Assembly: GCA_963777315.1 (NCBI GenBank)
Contig: CAVZQC010000006.1
Location: 32,001 to 96,000 of the forward strand
Source: Vulcanimicrobiota bacterium
Lineage (GTDB): Bacteria > Vulcanimicrobiota > Vulcanimicrobiia > Vulcanimicrobiales > Vulcanimicrobiaceae
Direction of reading: 5' to 3'
DNA: 64,000 nt
The notes beneath the pieces are model-generated. The model was not told where the DNA came from and made no database searches. It saw only the letters and a program-made list of their open reading frames with translations. A program made the position numbers and the translations under genes. This document shows, piece by piece, positions 18,815 through 27,939 of the stretch. The stretch's first letter is position 1; every line of letters begins with the position of its first letter.

Positions 18815-19241
18815 ATGCTTACCGAAAACACGGTGCTCGCTCTTGGGCTTTCGCGCTCCGAAGCCGCCCTTCGCCGGCGTTTGGAGGGCCCGCTTGGCGG
18901 CGGCCACGGCATCGGCTACACGGATTTTTTGATTATGGCCGAGCTTTCCTCAGTTCACGGACGGCGTTTGCGCGCGGTCGACTTGGCCAAACGTCTCATG
19001 CTCAGCCCCTCGGGCATAACGCGCGCCGTGCTGCCGCTCGAGAAGATCGGCCTGGTCACTCGCATCGCGCACGAGCGCGACGGGCGCGGGAGCTGACATC
19101 GCTCTCACGGCCGCCGGCGAAGCGCGTATCGCGCAAGCGATACCAACCGTCGAGCGCGTCGTGGACGAGGCCTTTGCCGGAAACGTCACGCGCACCGATC
19201 GAATCGCCCTTTTGGGATTGTTCGAGCGCTTAGGATACTGA
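18815..19241 (+). CDS. MarR-family transcriptional regulator (frameshift near 19095)
   Basis: [30 protein letters not shown]; continues in another frame as [14 protein letters not shown]...LFERLGY*. Confidence 0.85.
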
Positions 19242-19264
19242 TTCGCGGCGGCGAATGGTGCGGC

Positions 19265-20059
19265 GTGCAGCAATATCTTGCGTTTTTACATCACATCATC
19301 GAAAGCGGCGCCGAAAAGAGCGATCGCACGGGGATCGGCACGCGCAGCGTATTCGGCTACCAGATGCGTTTCAATCTGCGCGACGGCTTTCCGCTGGTCA
19401 CGACCAAACGTCTGCACACCCGATCGATCGTGTACGAACTGCTGTGGTTCCTGCGCGGCGATACCAACGTGAAGTACCTGCACGACAACGGCGTAACGAT
19501 TTGGGATGAATGGGCCGATGTGAACGGCGATCTCGGACCAATCTACGGCGCCCAGTGGCGCTCTTGGCCTTCTACCGGCGGCAGTGCGATCGATCAGTTC
19601 TCGGCCGTTCTGGAGGAAATCGAACGCAATCCCGATTCCCGCCGCCTGATCGTGAGTGCGTGGAACGTCGCGCAACTGGGCGAAATGGCGCTGGCACCCT
19701 GCCACGTGCTGTTTCAGTTCTACGTTTGCGACGGCAAACTTTCGTGCCAGCTCTACCAGCGCAGCGCCGACGCGTTTTTGGGAGTACCGTTCAACATAGC
19801 ATCGTACGCACTGCTCACGCACATGGTAGCCTACCAATGCCGTTTGGAACCCGGCGAGTTCATTTGGACGGCGGGCGATTGCCATCTCTACAACACGCAC
19901 TTAGAACAGGCCCGATTGCAGCTCGCGCGCGCGCCTTTTCCGCTGCCGCACTTGGCGTTCAAGCGGCGCCCGCATTCGATCTTCGACTACCGCTTCGAGG
20001 ACATCGTCTTCATCGGCTACGAGTCGCATCCGCCCATTCGCGCTCAGGTGGCCGTTTAG
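19265..20059 (+). CDS. thyA: Thymidylate synthase
   Basis: [39 protein letters not shown]. Confidence 0.98.
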   Translation: MQQYLAFLHHIIESGAEKSDRTGIGTRSVFGYQMRFNLRDGFPLVTTKRLHTRSIVYELLWFLRGDTNVKYLHDNGVTIWDEWADVNGDLGPIYGAQWRSWPSTGGSAIDQFSAVLEEIERNPDSRRLIVSAWNVAQLGEMALAPCHVLFQFYVCDGKLSCQLYQRSADAFLGVPFNIASYALLTHMVAYQCRLEPGEFIWTAGDCHLYNTHLEQARLQLARAPFPLPHLAFKRRPHSIFDYRFEDIVFIGYESHPPIRAQVAV

Positions 20060-20067
20060 GCGTAAGC

Positions 20068-20607
20068 GTGCGTCCGCGCGTGATCTTCGTCGTTGCGCAC
20101 GATCGCCGCGGCATCATGGGCCGTGACGGTACGCTCCCGTGGCGTTTGCCGGCGGACATGGTGCGATTTCGCGCGCTGACGATCGGCAAATCCGTCGTTA
20201 TGGGGCGGAAAACGTACGAGGCGATCGGCAAGCCGCTGCAGCGCCGGCGCAATATCGTTCTCACGCGCAATGCGACGTTTTGCCCGGACGGCGCCGAAAT
20301 CGCGCGGTCGGTCGACGAAGCCTTTGAAATGACCCTGGCCGATCGTGAAATCGCAGTCATCGGCGGCGCGCAGATCTTCAATGAGTTTTCGCCGTACGTC
20401 GACAGCGCATTCGTGACGGAGATCGACGCAGACGTCGAGGGCGACGTCCACTATGCCGCGCCGGAGCGCGCGCATACGCGCCGCGTGCTCGAACGGCACC
20501 CGGCCGACGAACGCAACGCGTATGCTATGCAATTCGTGCGCTACGATTACGCCGTGAATCCCGACGTGGCCGGCGGTTCGGCAAACGAATCGAACCCGTC
20601 GCAATAG
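20068..20607 (+). CDS. folA: Dihydrofolate reductase
   Basis: LPWRLPADM.RF, VMGRKTYEAIGKPL..RRNIVLTR, VIGGAQIF. Confidence 0.95.
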   Translation: MRPRVIFVVAHDRRGIMGRDGTLPWRLPADMVRFRALTIGKSVVMGRKTYEAIGKPLQRRRNIVLTRNATFCPDGAEIARSVDEAFEMTLADREIAVIGGAQIFNEFSPYVDSAFVTEIDADVEGDVHYAAPERAHTRRVLERHPADERNAYAMQFVRYDYAVNPDVAGGSANESNPSQ

Positions 20608-21335
20608 CGCACGCCGGCCAAGTACAGCCCGTGTGCGGGCGCGGTCAATCCCGCAGCCGCGCGATCGCGCGCGGCCAGAATTTGCGGAATAGTCCCAGGG
20701 TCGCGGCGACCGATGCCGCATTCGACCAGCGTGCCGACGATCGTGCGAACCATTCGATGCAAAAATCCGTCTGCGCGAATTTCGATTCTGACCAGGTCAC
20801 CCTTACGCCGCGCATCGAGCAGCGTTACGGTCCGAATCGTCGGTCCGCTTTCGGGAAGCGCGCCGCAAAACGATCGGAAGTCGCGTTCGCCCACCAGATG
20901 GCGCGCACCCTGGGCAAAACGATCGACGTCGAACTCCGACCAGACGTGATAAGCGTATCGCGCGAGCAGAGGCGACGGCTCGCGCGCATTGTACACGACG
21001 TAGACGTAGGTGCGTTCGCGGGCGGAGAACCGCGCTGAAAAATCATCGCCTACGACGTCTATCGCTCGCAGCGCAACGTCGCATGGAAGGGCGCTGTTGG
21101 CCGCGACGGCAAAGCGCTCGAAAGGAAAAGCCGTCTGCGCTTTCCACGAGACGACTTGTCCGGTTGCATGCACGCCCGCGTCGGTGCGTCCCGCAGCGGT
21201 GATTTTTACCGGCCGGCGCAAGAGCGAAGAAAACGTTCGCTCGAGTTCGCCGGCGACGGTTCGCACGGACTGCTGATACTGCAAACCGCAAAATTTCGTA
21301 CCGTCGTACGCTACGACGGCGCGGAGGGTCGTTAC
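20547..21335 (-). CDS. truA: tRNA pseudouridine(38-40) synthase TruA (start codon unclear)
   Basis: AYDGTKFCG.Q, AAGRTDAGVHATGQ, FSARFSA, FLHRMVR, TAPAHGLYL. Confidence 0.95.
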   Translation of the reverse strand, partial: VTTLRAVVAYDGTKFCGLQYQQSVRTVAGELERTFSSLLRRPVKITAAGRTDAGVHATGQVVSWKAQTAFPFERFAVAANSALPCDVALRAIDVVGDDFSARFSARERTYVYVVYNAREPSPLLARYAYHVWSEFDVDRFAQGARHLVGERDFRSFCGALPESGPTIRTVTLLDARRKGDLVRIEIRADGFLHRMVRTIVGTLVECGIGRRDPGTIPQILAARDRAAAGLTAPAHGLYLAGVRYCDGFDSFAEPPATSGFTA

Positions 21336-21772
21336 GCTGCGGCTGTCTCCCGGCGCGGAACCGTGCGCTTCTCGTCCAGGTCCAGCAGGTCGGCCCAGCT
21401 CGTCACGTCGGTGCGATCCGGCGCTATTTCGTTGCGCACTTTCAGAAAGTACGCCAGCGACTCGCCCTGCGGCTTGTGGGTCACCCAATCGCGATTCCAA
21501 TCCGCGATCTCCCTGGGCGATTTCTTGGCGACCACGGGTTCGAGATAGCTTTCGATGTCGGCATCGCTCTTGGCGTTCTTGACCACGGCAAGCAGTTCAT
21601 CGCCGTCGACTCCCAAGAAGTCGAAAAGCGCCTCGTCCATGGGGCAGTCGTAGTTGTACTCCCCCGGGTTGCCGTAGGCTTTCGCCTTGGCTTTGTCGAT
21701 GGTGCGCGCCAGCTGCACGAGCCCGTGCACCTCTTCGTGCACGCTGCGGGGATAGGTCTTGGTCAGATCCAC
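21332..21772 (-). CDS. DUF5069-like protein
   Basis: DLTKTYPRS...LARTIDKAKA..GEYNYDCPMD..FLG; DLLDLDEKR; AGGAG RBS. Confidence 0.75.
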   Translation of the reverse strand: MDLTKTYPRSVHEEVHGLVQLARTIDKAKAKAYGNPGEYNYDCPMDEALFDFLGVDGDELLAVVKNAKSDADIESYLEPVVAKKSPREIADWNRDWVTHKPQGESLAYFLKVRNEIAPDRTDVTSWADLLDLDEKRTVPRRETAAA

Positions 21773-21791
21773 GGTGTGGGGTAACTCCTGT

Positions 21792-21841
21792 CTTACGGAA
21801 AGTAAGTGACGGAATCCAGAACCCCGCTTACTCTGCGTAAG
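21792..21841. promoter_or_regulatory. Two palindromic operator-like sites CTTAC-N5-GTAAG
   Basis: CTTACGGAAAGTAAG 21792-21806 and CTTACTCTGCGTAAG 21827-21841, upstream of the DUF5069 gene. Confidence 0.65.
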
Positions 21842-21860
21842 TTTCAGGCCGAATAGTAGC

Positions 21861-22022
21861 CTAGCGCGCTTCGCATTGGGCGTGCGAGCAGCGGCATGCC
21901 CCTTGCGCGCCGGGAAGTCCGCCGCCGTGCGTGGCCGCTTCCTTGCATGCGTGGCTGCAGTACTGTTCGCCCACGTCGACCGTGCACGTGCACGGCTCGT
22001 GCGCGCACTTTACGCTTTGCAT
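21861..22022 (-). CDS. Bacterial metallothionein (SmtA/BmtA-like), 53 aa
   Basis: Manual translation MQSVKCAHEPCTCTVDVGEQYCSHACKEAATHGGGLPGAQGACRCSHAQCEAR; 8 Cys, 4 His; KCAxxxCxC and YCSxxC motifs. Confidence 0.85.
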   Translation of the reverse strand: MQSVKCAHEPCTCTVDVGEQYCSHACKEAATHGGGLPGAQGACRCSHAQCEAR

Positions 22023-22027
22023 AGGGT

Positions 22028-23515
22028 TTACCCGTGCCCGCGCTGGAGCGGAAACAAAATGACGTCGCGTACGCTGGCGGAGTTCGTGAGCAGCATGATC
22101 AATCGATCGACCCCGATGCCGATACCGGCCGTCGGCGGCATGCCGTATTCCAGAGCGCGAACAAAATCCCAGTCGGGCGAGGGGACTTCTTCGTCGCCGC
22201 CCGTGCGTTCGGCCACCTGCGCTTCGAAGCGCGACCGCTGGTCGTCGGGATCGTTCAGCTCGGTAAAGGCGTTGCTGATCTCCATGTTCGCGCAGAATAG
22301 TTCATAGCGGTCCGCGATCGCGGCATCGCCCGCACGACGCTTGGCCAGCGGCGAAAGCACCACCGGATATCCCGTTACGAACGTCGGCTGGATCAGGTGC
22401 GGCTCGACGACGCGCTCGAAGATCTTGTCGAGCGCGTGGCCCTGCGAGGGCGATTCGGGCAGGCCTAAATCCTCGAGCGCCGCCGCCGCCCCGCCTGCAT
22501 CGAGCAATTGTTCGCGCGCATAGCCGCCGTGCTCGCGAATCGCCGTGAGATAGTCGAGGCGTTGAAACGGGCGCGCAAACGAAATGCAGGCGTCGCGCAC
22601 GGGCAATTCGTCCTTGCCGCCGCTGACGAACGCAACGAGATGCGCCAGCAGCGCCTCGTTGAACTCCATCATGTCGGCGACGTCCCAGTACGCCGCATAC
22701 AGTTCGAGCATCGTGAACTCGGGATTGTGCGTCGTGTCGATACCTTCGTTGCGAAAGATGCGCCCGATCTCGTAAACGCGTTCCATTCCGCCCACGATGA
22801 GCCGCTTGAGGTTGAGCTCGGTCGCAATGCGCAGCTGCATCTGCTGCTCCAAGGCATTCACGTGCGTAATGAACGGACGAGCTGCAGCGCCGCCGGCAAC
22901 GTGCAGCAGGGTCGGCGTTTCGACCTCGAAAAACCCGTGCGCATCGATGAACCGCCGCATTTCGGCGATGATGCGGCTGCGCATGACGAACCCGTCCCGA
23001 ACCTGCGGGTTCACGATCAGATCGACGTAGCGCTGCCGATAGCGCTTCTCGACGTCGGTCAAGCCGTGCCATTTGTCGGGCAGCGGATGAAGCGACTTGC
23101 AGAGTATCGCAAATTCGCGCACGTGCAGCGTGAGTTCGCCCATCTTCGAACGGAACATGAAACCGTGCACGCCGGCGATGTCGCCGATGTCCAAGTCGAT
23201 CCAGTCTTGGAACCGCTCTGCGCCGATCTCGTCTTTGCGCACGTACAATTGCAAACGGCCCGTGCGGTCCTGCAAGTCCGCGAAAACGGTTTTGCCCATG
23301 CGGCGCTTGGACATGATGCGGCCGGCAAGCGACCACAGCTCGCTCTCGGCTCGCTGCTCGGGAGTGAGGACGGCGTATTTCTGCGACAACTCCGCGGCGC
23401 TCGTGTCGATGGAATAGCGCGTGCCGGCAAACGGATCCGTTCCGCGCGAACGTAAAGCGGCCAGATTTTCACGTCTGGCCGCCACAAGTGCTCGTTCGGA
23501 TCCGGTAAGGTCCAT
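22028..23515 (-). CDS. lysS: Lysine--tRNA ligase (class II)
   Basis: LPDKWHGL, RYRQRYVDL, GGAAARPF, FRNEGID..HNPEFT, LEYGMPPTAGIGIGVDRL. Confidence 0.98.
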   Translation of the reverse strand: MDLTGSERALVAARRENLAALRSRGTDPFAGTRYSIDTSAAELSQKYAVLTPEQRAESELWSLAGRIMSKRRMGKTVFADLQDRTGRLQLYVRKDEIGAERFQDWIDLDIGDIAGVHGFMFRSKMGELTLHVREFAILCKSLHPLPDKWHGLTDVEKRYRQRYVDLIVNPQVRDGFVMRSRIIAEMRRFIDAHGFFEVETPTLLHVAGGAAARPFITHVNALEQQMQLRIATELNLKRLIVGGMERVYEIGRIFRNEGIDTTHNPEFTMLELYAAYWDVADMMEFNEALLAHLVAFVSGGKDELPVRDACISFARPFQRLDYLTAIREHGGYAREQLLDAGGAAAALEDLGLPESPSQGHALDKIFERVVEPHLIQPTFVTGYPVVLSPLAKRRAGDAAIADRYELFCANMEISNAFTELNDPDDQRSRFEAQVAERTGGDEEVPSPDWDFVRALEYGMPPTAGIGIGVDRLIMLLTNSASVRDVILFPLQRGHG

Positions 23516-23527
23516 TACGCGGTTCGT

Positions 23528-24043
23528 CAGACTCGCTTTCTTGGCGGCTTTCTTCGGCGCGACGCTTCCGCTCTTTATCGACTCGATTTTGTATTTTGCG
23601 ACCCCGCGCGGTGTGGCCACGTCGACGGTTTCGCCCTTTTTATGTCCGATCAGCGCACGGCCCAGCGGCGATTCGTTGCTCACCCGCTGATTGACCGGAT
23701 CGGCTTCGGCCGAACCGACGATCGAAAACTCGTGGCTGGAATGCGTTTTGAGATCCTTGACCTTGACGGTAGAACCCAGATGCACCTCGCCCGACGCGTA
23801 ATCGGACTCGTCGATGATGCGCGAGTTGCGGATCATCCCTTCGAGCTTGAGAATCCGTCCTTCGATAAACGCCTGCTCTTGCTTGGCGTCCTCGTATTCG
23901 GCGTTTTCGCTCAGATCGCCGAACTCTTTGGCCTGACGGATGCGGTCGTTGACCTCCCTGCGGTGAATGGTCTTGAGATCGTCGAGCTCCCGCTCGAGCT
24001 TCTCCAGACCCTCTCTGGTGAGGACGATCTCTTTGTCGTTCAA
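23528..24043 (-). CDS. greA: Transcription elongation factor GreA (no stop before lysS in this assembly)
   Basis: LTREGLEKLERELDDLK, GDLSENAEYEDAK.EQ, SNESPLGRALIG; TTG start at 24043. Confidence 0.95.
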
Positions 24044-24202
24044 GTAAGGACCCTCGGTAATCAAAGGCGCCCGGCAAAAGCCGGACGGCCTCGTGTGTAA
24101 GTCAAGCGCCGCTGTACGGGGCGGCGCCAGCGCCGTTGGTTCGCAGTGCCCCGGGGGGTCGCCTGCCGATGCTCGACAGCATACCCCATCGGCGCGGCGG
24201 TG

Positions 24203-25114
24203 TCACCTGCCGGATAACTGGATAACGCGGGGCTGCAGGTGCAGGTCGCGCAGGAGGCGTTCGTAGTCGGCGGCCGTCACGTCCCCCCATCGCTTCCCCA
24301 GCAGAGCAAGCAGCGCCGCTTCGAGGACGTTGGTTCCGAACGACCGGCCTTGGAAGTCCGGCGTAGTGGTGATGAGCGTTTTCACGCCGCGTTCGCGCAA
24401 TTCGTCGACGTCTTTTTCGGTCACGGTATTGGTCAGCACGACTTTTCCCGCGAGATCGTCGGGCATGAACTGGCGCATGAAATGAAAGTCGCCGGCGATG
24501 ATGTCGGCCTCCCGGTAGTATTGCGGATATTTGGGCTGCGGCGGCTTTTCTTGCTTTTTGCCGGTCGGATAGAAGAATTGAAACGGCAGCTTGCAGGCAT
24601 CCGGCAGATACTTTTCGGCCATCGCTTCGAATTCGGCTAGTCCTTTGACCGGTTTGTCGAGATCGAGCGCGAAAATGAAATCTCCGAACAGCACGTCGGC
24701 CCCCGCTTCCACGAGCGCCTGAGCCATGCCGAAACGATCGAGCGCACTGACCATCAACACGTGCATGCCGGCAAGATTCATCCCGAGGTCCTGCTGCATG
24801 AACCGCACCGCTTCGCGCTCGAGCGTGTTCTTCAAACCACTTCCGTCTACGACCGGAGTGATCGTCGCAGCCTCGAGCAAACGCAGGCCATCGCGCAGCG
24901 CAAACCGGTGCCGCCCGGCATAGAGGTACACGTCGATGCCGCCAAGGCCGATGGCGTCGACCGTCCCGTCGAGTTCGCGCACCTTGGCGATGGCGTGGTC
25001 GAGTTTTCCGTCGGTGCCCACGCGCGAGATATCGAACTGCTCGCCCAAGAGCGTTACGTCCGCGCGGTGGTCTCGGGTGCTGCTGCCCAACGAGACCGAC
25101 ACGACTTTTTTCAC
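24203..25114 (-). CDS. Conserved protein of unknown activity (family often loosely labelled quinate 5-dehydrogenase)
   Basis: GTG start VKKVVSVSLGSSTRDH; DAIGLGGID; VVDGSGLKNTLE; RSFGTNVLEA; in frame with the upstream gene in this assembly. Confidence 0.6.
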   Translation of the reverse strand: MKKVVSVSLGSSTRDHRADVTLLGEQFDISRVGTDGKLDHAIAKVRELDGTVDAIGLGGIDVYLYAGRHRFALRDGLRLLEAATITPVVDGSGLKNTLEREAVRFMQQDLGMNLAGMHVLMVSALDRFGMAQALVEAGADVLFGDFIFALDLDKPVKGLAEFEAMAEKYLPDACKLPFQFFYPTGKKQEKPPQPKYPQYYREADIIAGDFHFMRQFMPDDLAGKVVLTNTVTEKDVDELRERGVKTLITTTPDFQGRSFGTNVLEAALLALLGKRWGDVTAADYERLLRDLHLQPRVIQLSGR

Positions 25115-26236
25115 GCGATGGCGCCTTTTCGCCGTTCGTGTGCGGCCAGCGCGTATCGAGGCGATCCGCTCCGGAGTGATGGCGGCGTCGAACGCGCGCA
25201 TGTCCGCCGTCGAAAATCCGCAGCGCTCGGCCATCTCTTGAATCTCGATCACTTTCTGCAGCTCGATCCCGCGGCCGAGCGTGTAGTTTTCGAGCCGGTT
25301 CTCCAGCGCGAGCACCATTGTCTCGCTCATGCACGCCAGCGCGGTGCGCGGGGGCAGGTTCAAATCAAATTCTTCGCCCGGTTCGCGCACGCGCTCGAAG
25401 TGCGGATTTCCCGGCAGCAGCATATTGCCGCCTTCGGTCACGAGCACGTCCGGCCGATCTTCGGCGACTCGGCGGCTGACGTCGTGCGGGAGCGACAGTT
25501 CGCAGACCACCGCGCCGGTTTGCAGGTCCTCAGGTTCAATGACGTCCTGCGTCGAGCTGGTTGCGGTCAACACGAGCTGCGCTTGGCGTACGGCTTGCGA
25601 AATATCGGTCGTGTACGAAGACTCGCACGGCAAAGCGCCCGCAATCGATTCGTAAAATTTCGCAAGGCGCGTGTGGTTGCGCGCCACGAGGATCACTCGA
25701 TTGACCTTGGGTGCGATCAAACGCACGCAGGCCGATCCGATCGATCCGGTCGCTCCAACCACGACCGCCGTTGCGCTCTCGAGATCGATCTCCATCTCTT
25801 GCGCTCCGCGAAACAAACTCTGAATGCCGGCGGCAATCGTGAGCGAGTTCCCGGTCGTGACGGGAATCGGCGAACGCTGCGCTATCGTCACGCCGCCGTC
25901 GCCGACCACGCCGGTAAACGCGCCCAGGCCGGCGATGTCCGCGCCGAGCTCGACGCCGATCTCGATCGCGCGCACGATTCGCTTGTAGACTTCCTCGCGC
26001 GGAAACGCCATGATCTGCTCGGAAAAGAGCGCGGCCGACACGAACCAGCCCTCGGTTTCGCGGCCGTCCGGGGTACGCACGCCGGTGACGTGCGCTGCGG
26101 CCCACGACGGCATCCACTCCATGATCTTGCGGATGATCGCCGGGCCTTTGCCTTTGGCGTTGGGCTCGTAGCGCACCAGATCCTCGAGCGAAAGCGGGTG
26201 GACCACGAAGCAGAATTTCGGCGTGTTGACGCTCAT
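25111..26236 (-). CDS. Acyl-ACP reductase-like NAD(P)-dependent reductase
   Basis: FCFVVHPL, LGAFTGVVGDGG, VTTGNSLT, Rossmann VVGATGSIGSAC, ACMSETMVLALE (cf. the catalytic-Cys motif ACFAE of cyanobacterial AAR). Confidence 0.75.
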
Positions 26237-26667
26237 TTTTCGGCCTCGCGCTTGAGCGCGGCCAGCATCATCTCGCTGTTCTCACGCACCTTGCGCTCCA
26301 GCGTGGGGCCGATGAGTTCGACCAACGTCGGCACGCCGAAGTCGTAGTCTACGCCCAGCACGACGTGCGTTCTGCCGCCGTTTTCGTCGAACGTCCAGGC
26401 GCCTTCGAATTTGTCCAAATCGCCTTCGAGCAGCTTGTAGTCGATGCGCAGCGCAGCGTCGTCGAAACGATCTTCTTCCGTCCACTCGATGGGCGCTTCT
26501 TCAACGAGCGTTTTCCAGCGCGTGAGCAGACTGTCGGGCCGGCGTTCTAAAACGGTCACCGTTTCAACGTCGGGCATGAACTGCGGGAACCGCTCCTGCT
26601 GCTTGGCAAGCTCGTAGACGACGCGGGCCGGGGCGGCGATCACGATGGACGTTTCAACATACGGCAT
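26233..26667 (-). CDS. SRPBCC/START (aromatase/cyclase-like) ligand-binding protein
   Basis: IVIAAPARVVY..ERFPQFMPDV; IDYKLLEGDLDKFEGAWTF. Confidence 0.85.
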   Translation of the reverse strand: MPYVETSIVIAAPARVVYELAKQQERFPQFMPDVETVTVLERRPDSLLTRWKTLVEEAPIEWTEEDRFDDAALRIDYKLLEGDLDKFEGAWTFDENGGRTHVVLGVDYDFGVPTLVELIGPTLERKVRENSEMMLAALKREAEK

Positions 26668-26673
26668 GGAAGC

Positions 26674-27939
26674 TTACAGTGCGCCGAGCTTCTCCTGGGC
26701 GGTCGCCAGCCCTGCTTGCAAAGCGTCCAAGGCCCTGTCGACTTCTTCGCGCGTAACGACCAGCGGTGGTTCCAAGCGAATAACGCGCTGCATGTTGAGC
26801 GTCCAGGCTGCAGTGACGCCGCGCTTGACCATCTCGGGAATGATCCACCCGCCGTATCCTTCGCTGGTCAATTCGACGCCGACGAGCAATCCCAAGCCGC
26901 GCGCCTCGCGAACCACCGTGGGATACCTGCGTGCGAGCTCGCGCGCACCCGTCAACAGCTGTTCGCCGCGCGCGCGCGCGTTCTCCACGAGGTTTTCGTC
27001 GACGAGCGCGTTCATCGCAGCCAGCGCGGCCGCACACGCGAGCTCGTTCCCGCCGAACGTCGACGTGTGCATGACCGGATGCTTGGCATACGCGGCATTC
27101 CAGACGCTCGGGCGCGCAATGTACGCTCCCACGGGAATCACGCCGCCCGAGAGTCCTTTGGCCAGCATCATAACGTCCGGTACGACGCCGTCACGGTTGC
27201 AACCGAACAGCATGCCGCAGCGTCCCAGGCCCGTCTGCACCTCATCGGCTAGCAGCAACGCGCCGGCTGCATCGCACAGCTCGCGCACCGTGCGCAAATA
27301 TCCCGCCGGGGGCACGTTCACGCCGCCTTCGCCTTGCACGGGCTCGACGATGAATGCGGCGGCGTCGCGCAGCGCGTCTTCCAAGCCCGCGGTAACCCCG
27401 TAGTCCACGTGCACGACCTCGGTCAGCAGCGGCGCGTACGCTTCTTTGAAATACTCCCTTCCGCTCGCTGAGAGCGCGCCGAGCGTCTTGCCGTGAAAGG
27501 CGTTGCGCGTCGCGACGATCGTGCGGCGTTTGGTCGCAGCGCGCGCGAGCTTGATGGCCCCCTCCACCGCTTCGGTTCCGCTGTTGCCGAAAAACGAAAT
27601 CTGCAGATCGCCCGGCGCGAGTTGCGCGAGCCGCTTGGAGACGCGGCCCAGCATCACGTTGAACATCGTCTTGCCCGAAAGCGACATCGACTCCATTTGC
27701 GTTTTGACCGCCTGCACGACTTTGGGATGGCTGTGCCCGAGCGTGAAAACGCCGTAGCCGCCGGCGAAATCCAGATACGCTTTGCCGTTGTGATCCCAAA
27801 TCGTCGATCCGCGCGCGCGAACCTCCACCGGGCTGCCCGAAAGCTTCATCACGCGCGCCAGCGGAGGATTTACGTACTGCTTGTAGTTATCGCAGGTTTC
27901 TTCGTACAGCGCTTGCGGCGAAGCTGCACCGTCGGTCAC
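26674..27939 (-). CDS. Class-III PLP aminotransferase (putrescine/acetylornithine aminotransferase-like)
   Basis: NSGTEAVEGAIK, FHGKT, VEPVQGEGG, LLADEVQTGLGRCG, LAKGLSGG, HTSTFGGN; GTG start overlaps the dusB stop. Confidence 0.93.
   Translation of the reverse strand: MTDGAASPQALYEETCDNYKQYVNPPLARVMKLSGSPVEVRARGSTIWDHNGKAYLDFAGGYGVFTLGHSHPKVVQAVKTQMESMSLSGKTMFNVMLGRVSKRLAQLAPGDLQISFFGNSGTEAVEGAIKLARAATKRRTIVATRNAFHGKTLGALSASGREYFKEAYAPLLTEVVHVDYGVTAGLEDALRDAAAFIVEPVQGEGGVNVPPAGYLRTVRELCDAAGALLLADEVQTGLGRCGMLFGCNRDGVVPDVMMLAKGLSGGVIPVGAYIARPSVWNAAYAKHPVMHTSTFGGNELACAAALAAMNALVDENLVENARARGEQLLTGARELARRYPTVVREARGLGLLVGVELTSEGYGGWIIPEMVKRGVTAAWTLNMQRVIRLEPPLVVTREEVDRALDALQAGLATAQEKLGAL

Noticed and set aside
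24044..24200. Possible attenuator in the greA leader (CCGGC-TTTT-GCCGG hairpin)
   Set aside because: Short stem with a weak U-tract; not distinguishable from chance in GC-rich DNA
25100..25160. 677-aa fusion of the reductase with the downstream conserved protein
   Set aside because: An alternative frame gives ..HERRKGAIA* ending in a GTGA overlap, with an AAAGG RBS before VKKVVSV; most likely two genes joined by an indel error
24761..26347. Long antisense ORFs (this 528-aa one, also 55274-56935 and 43268-44644)
   Set aside because: Shadow ORFs typical of high-GC coding DNA opposite well-supported genes; no recognisable motifs
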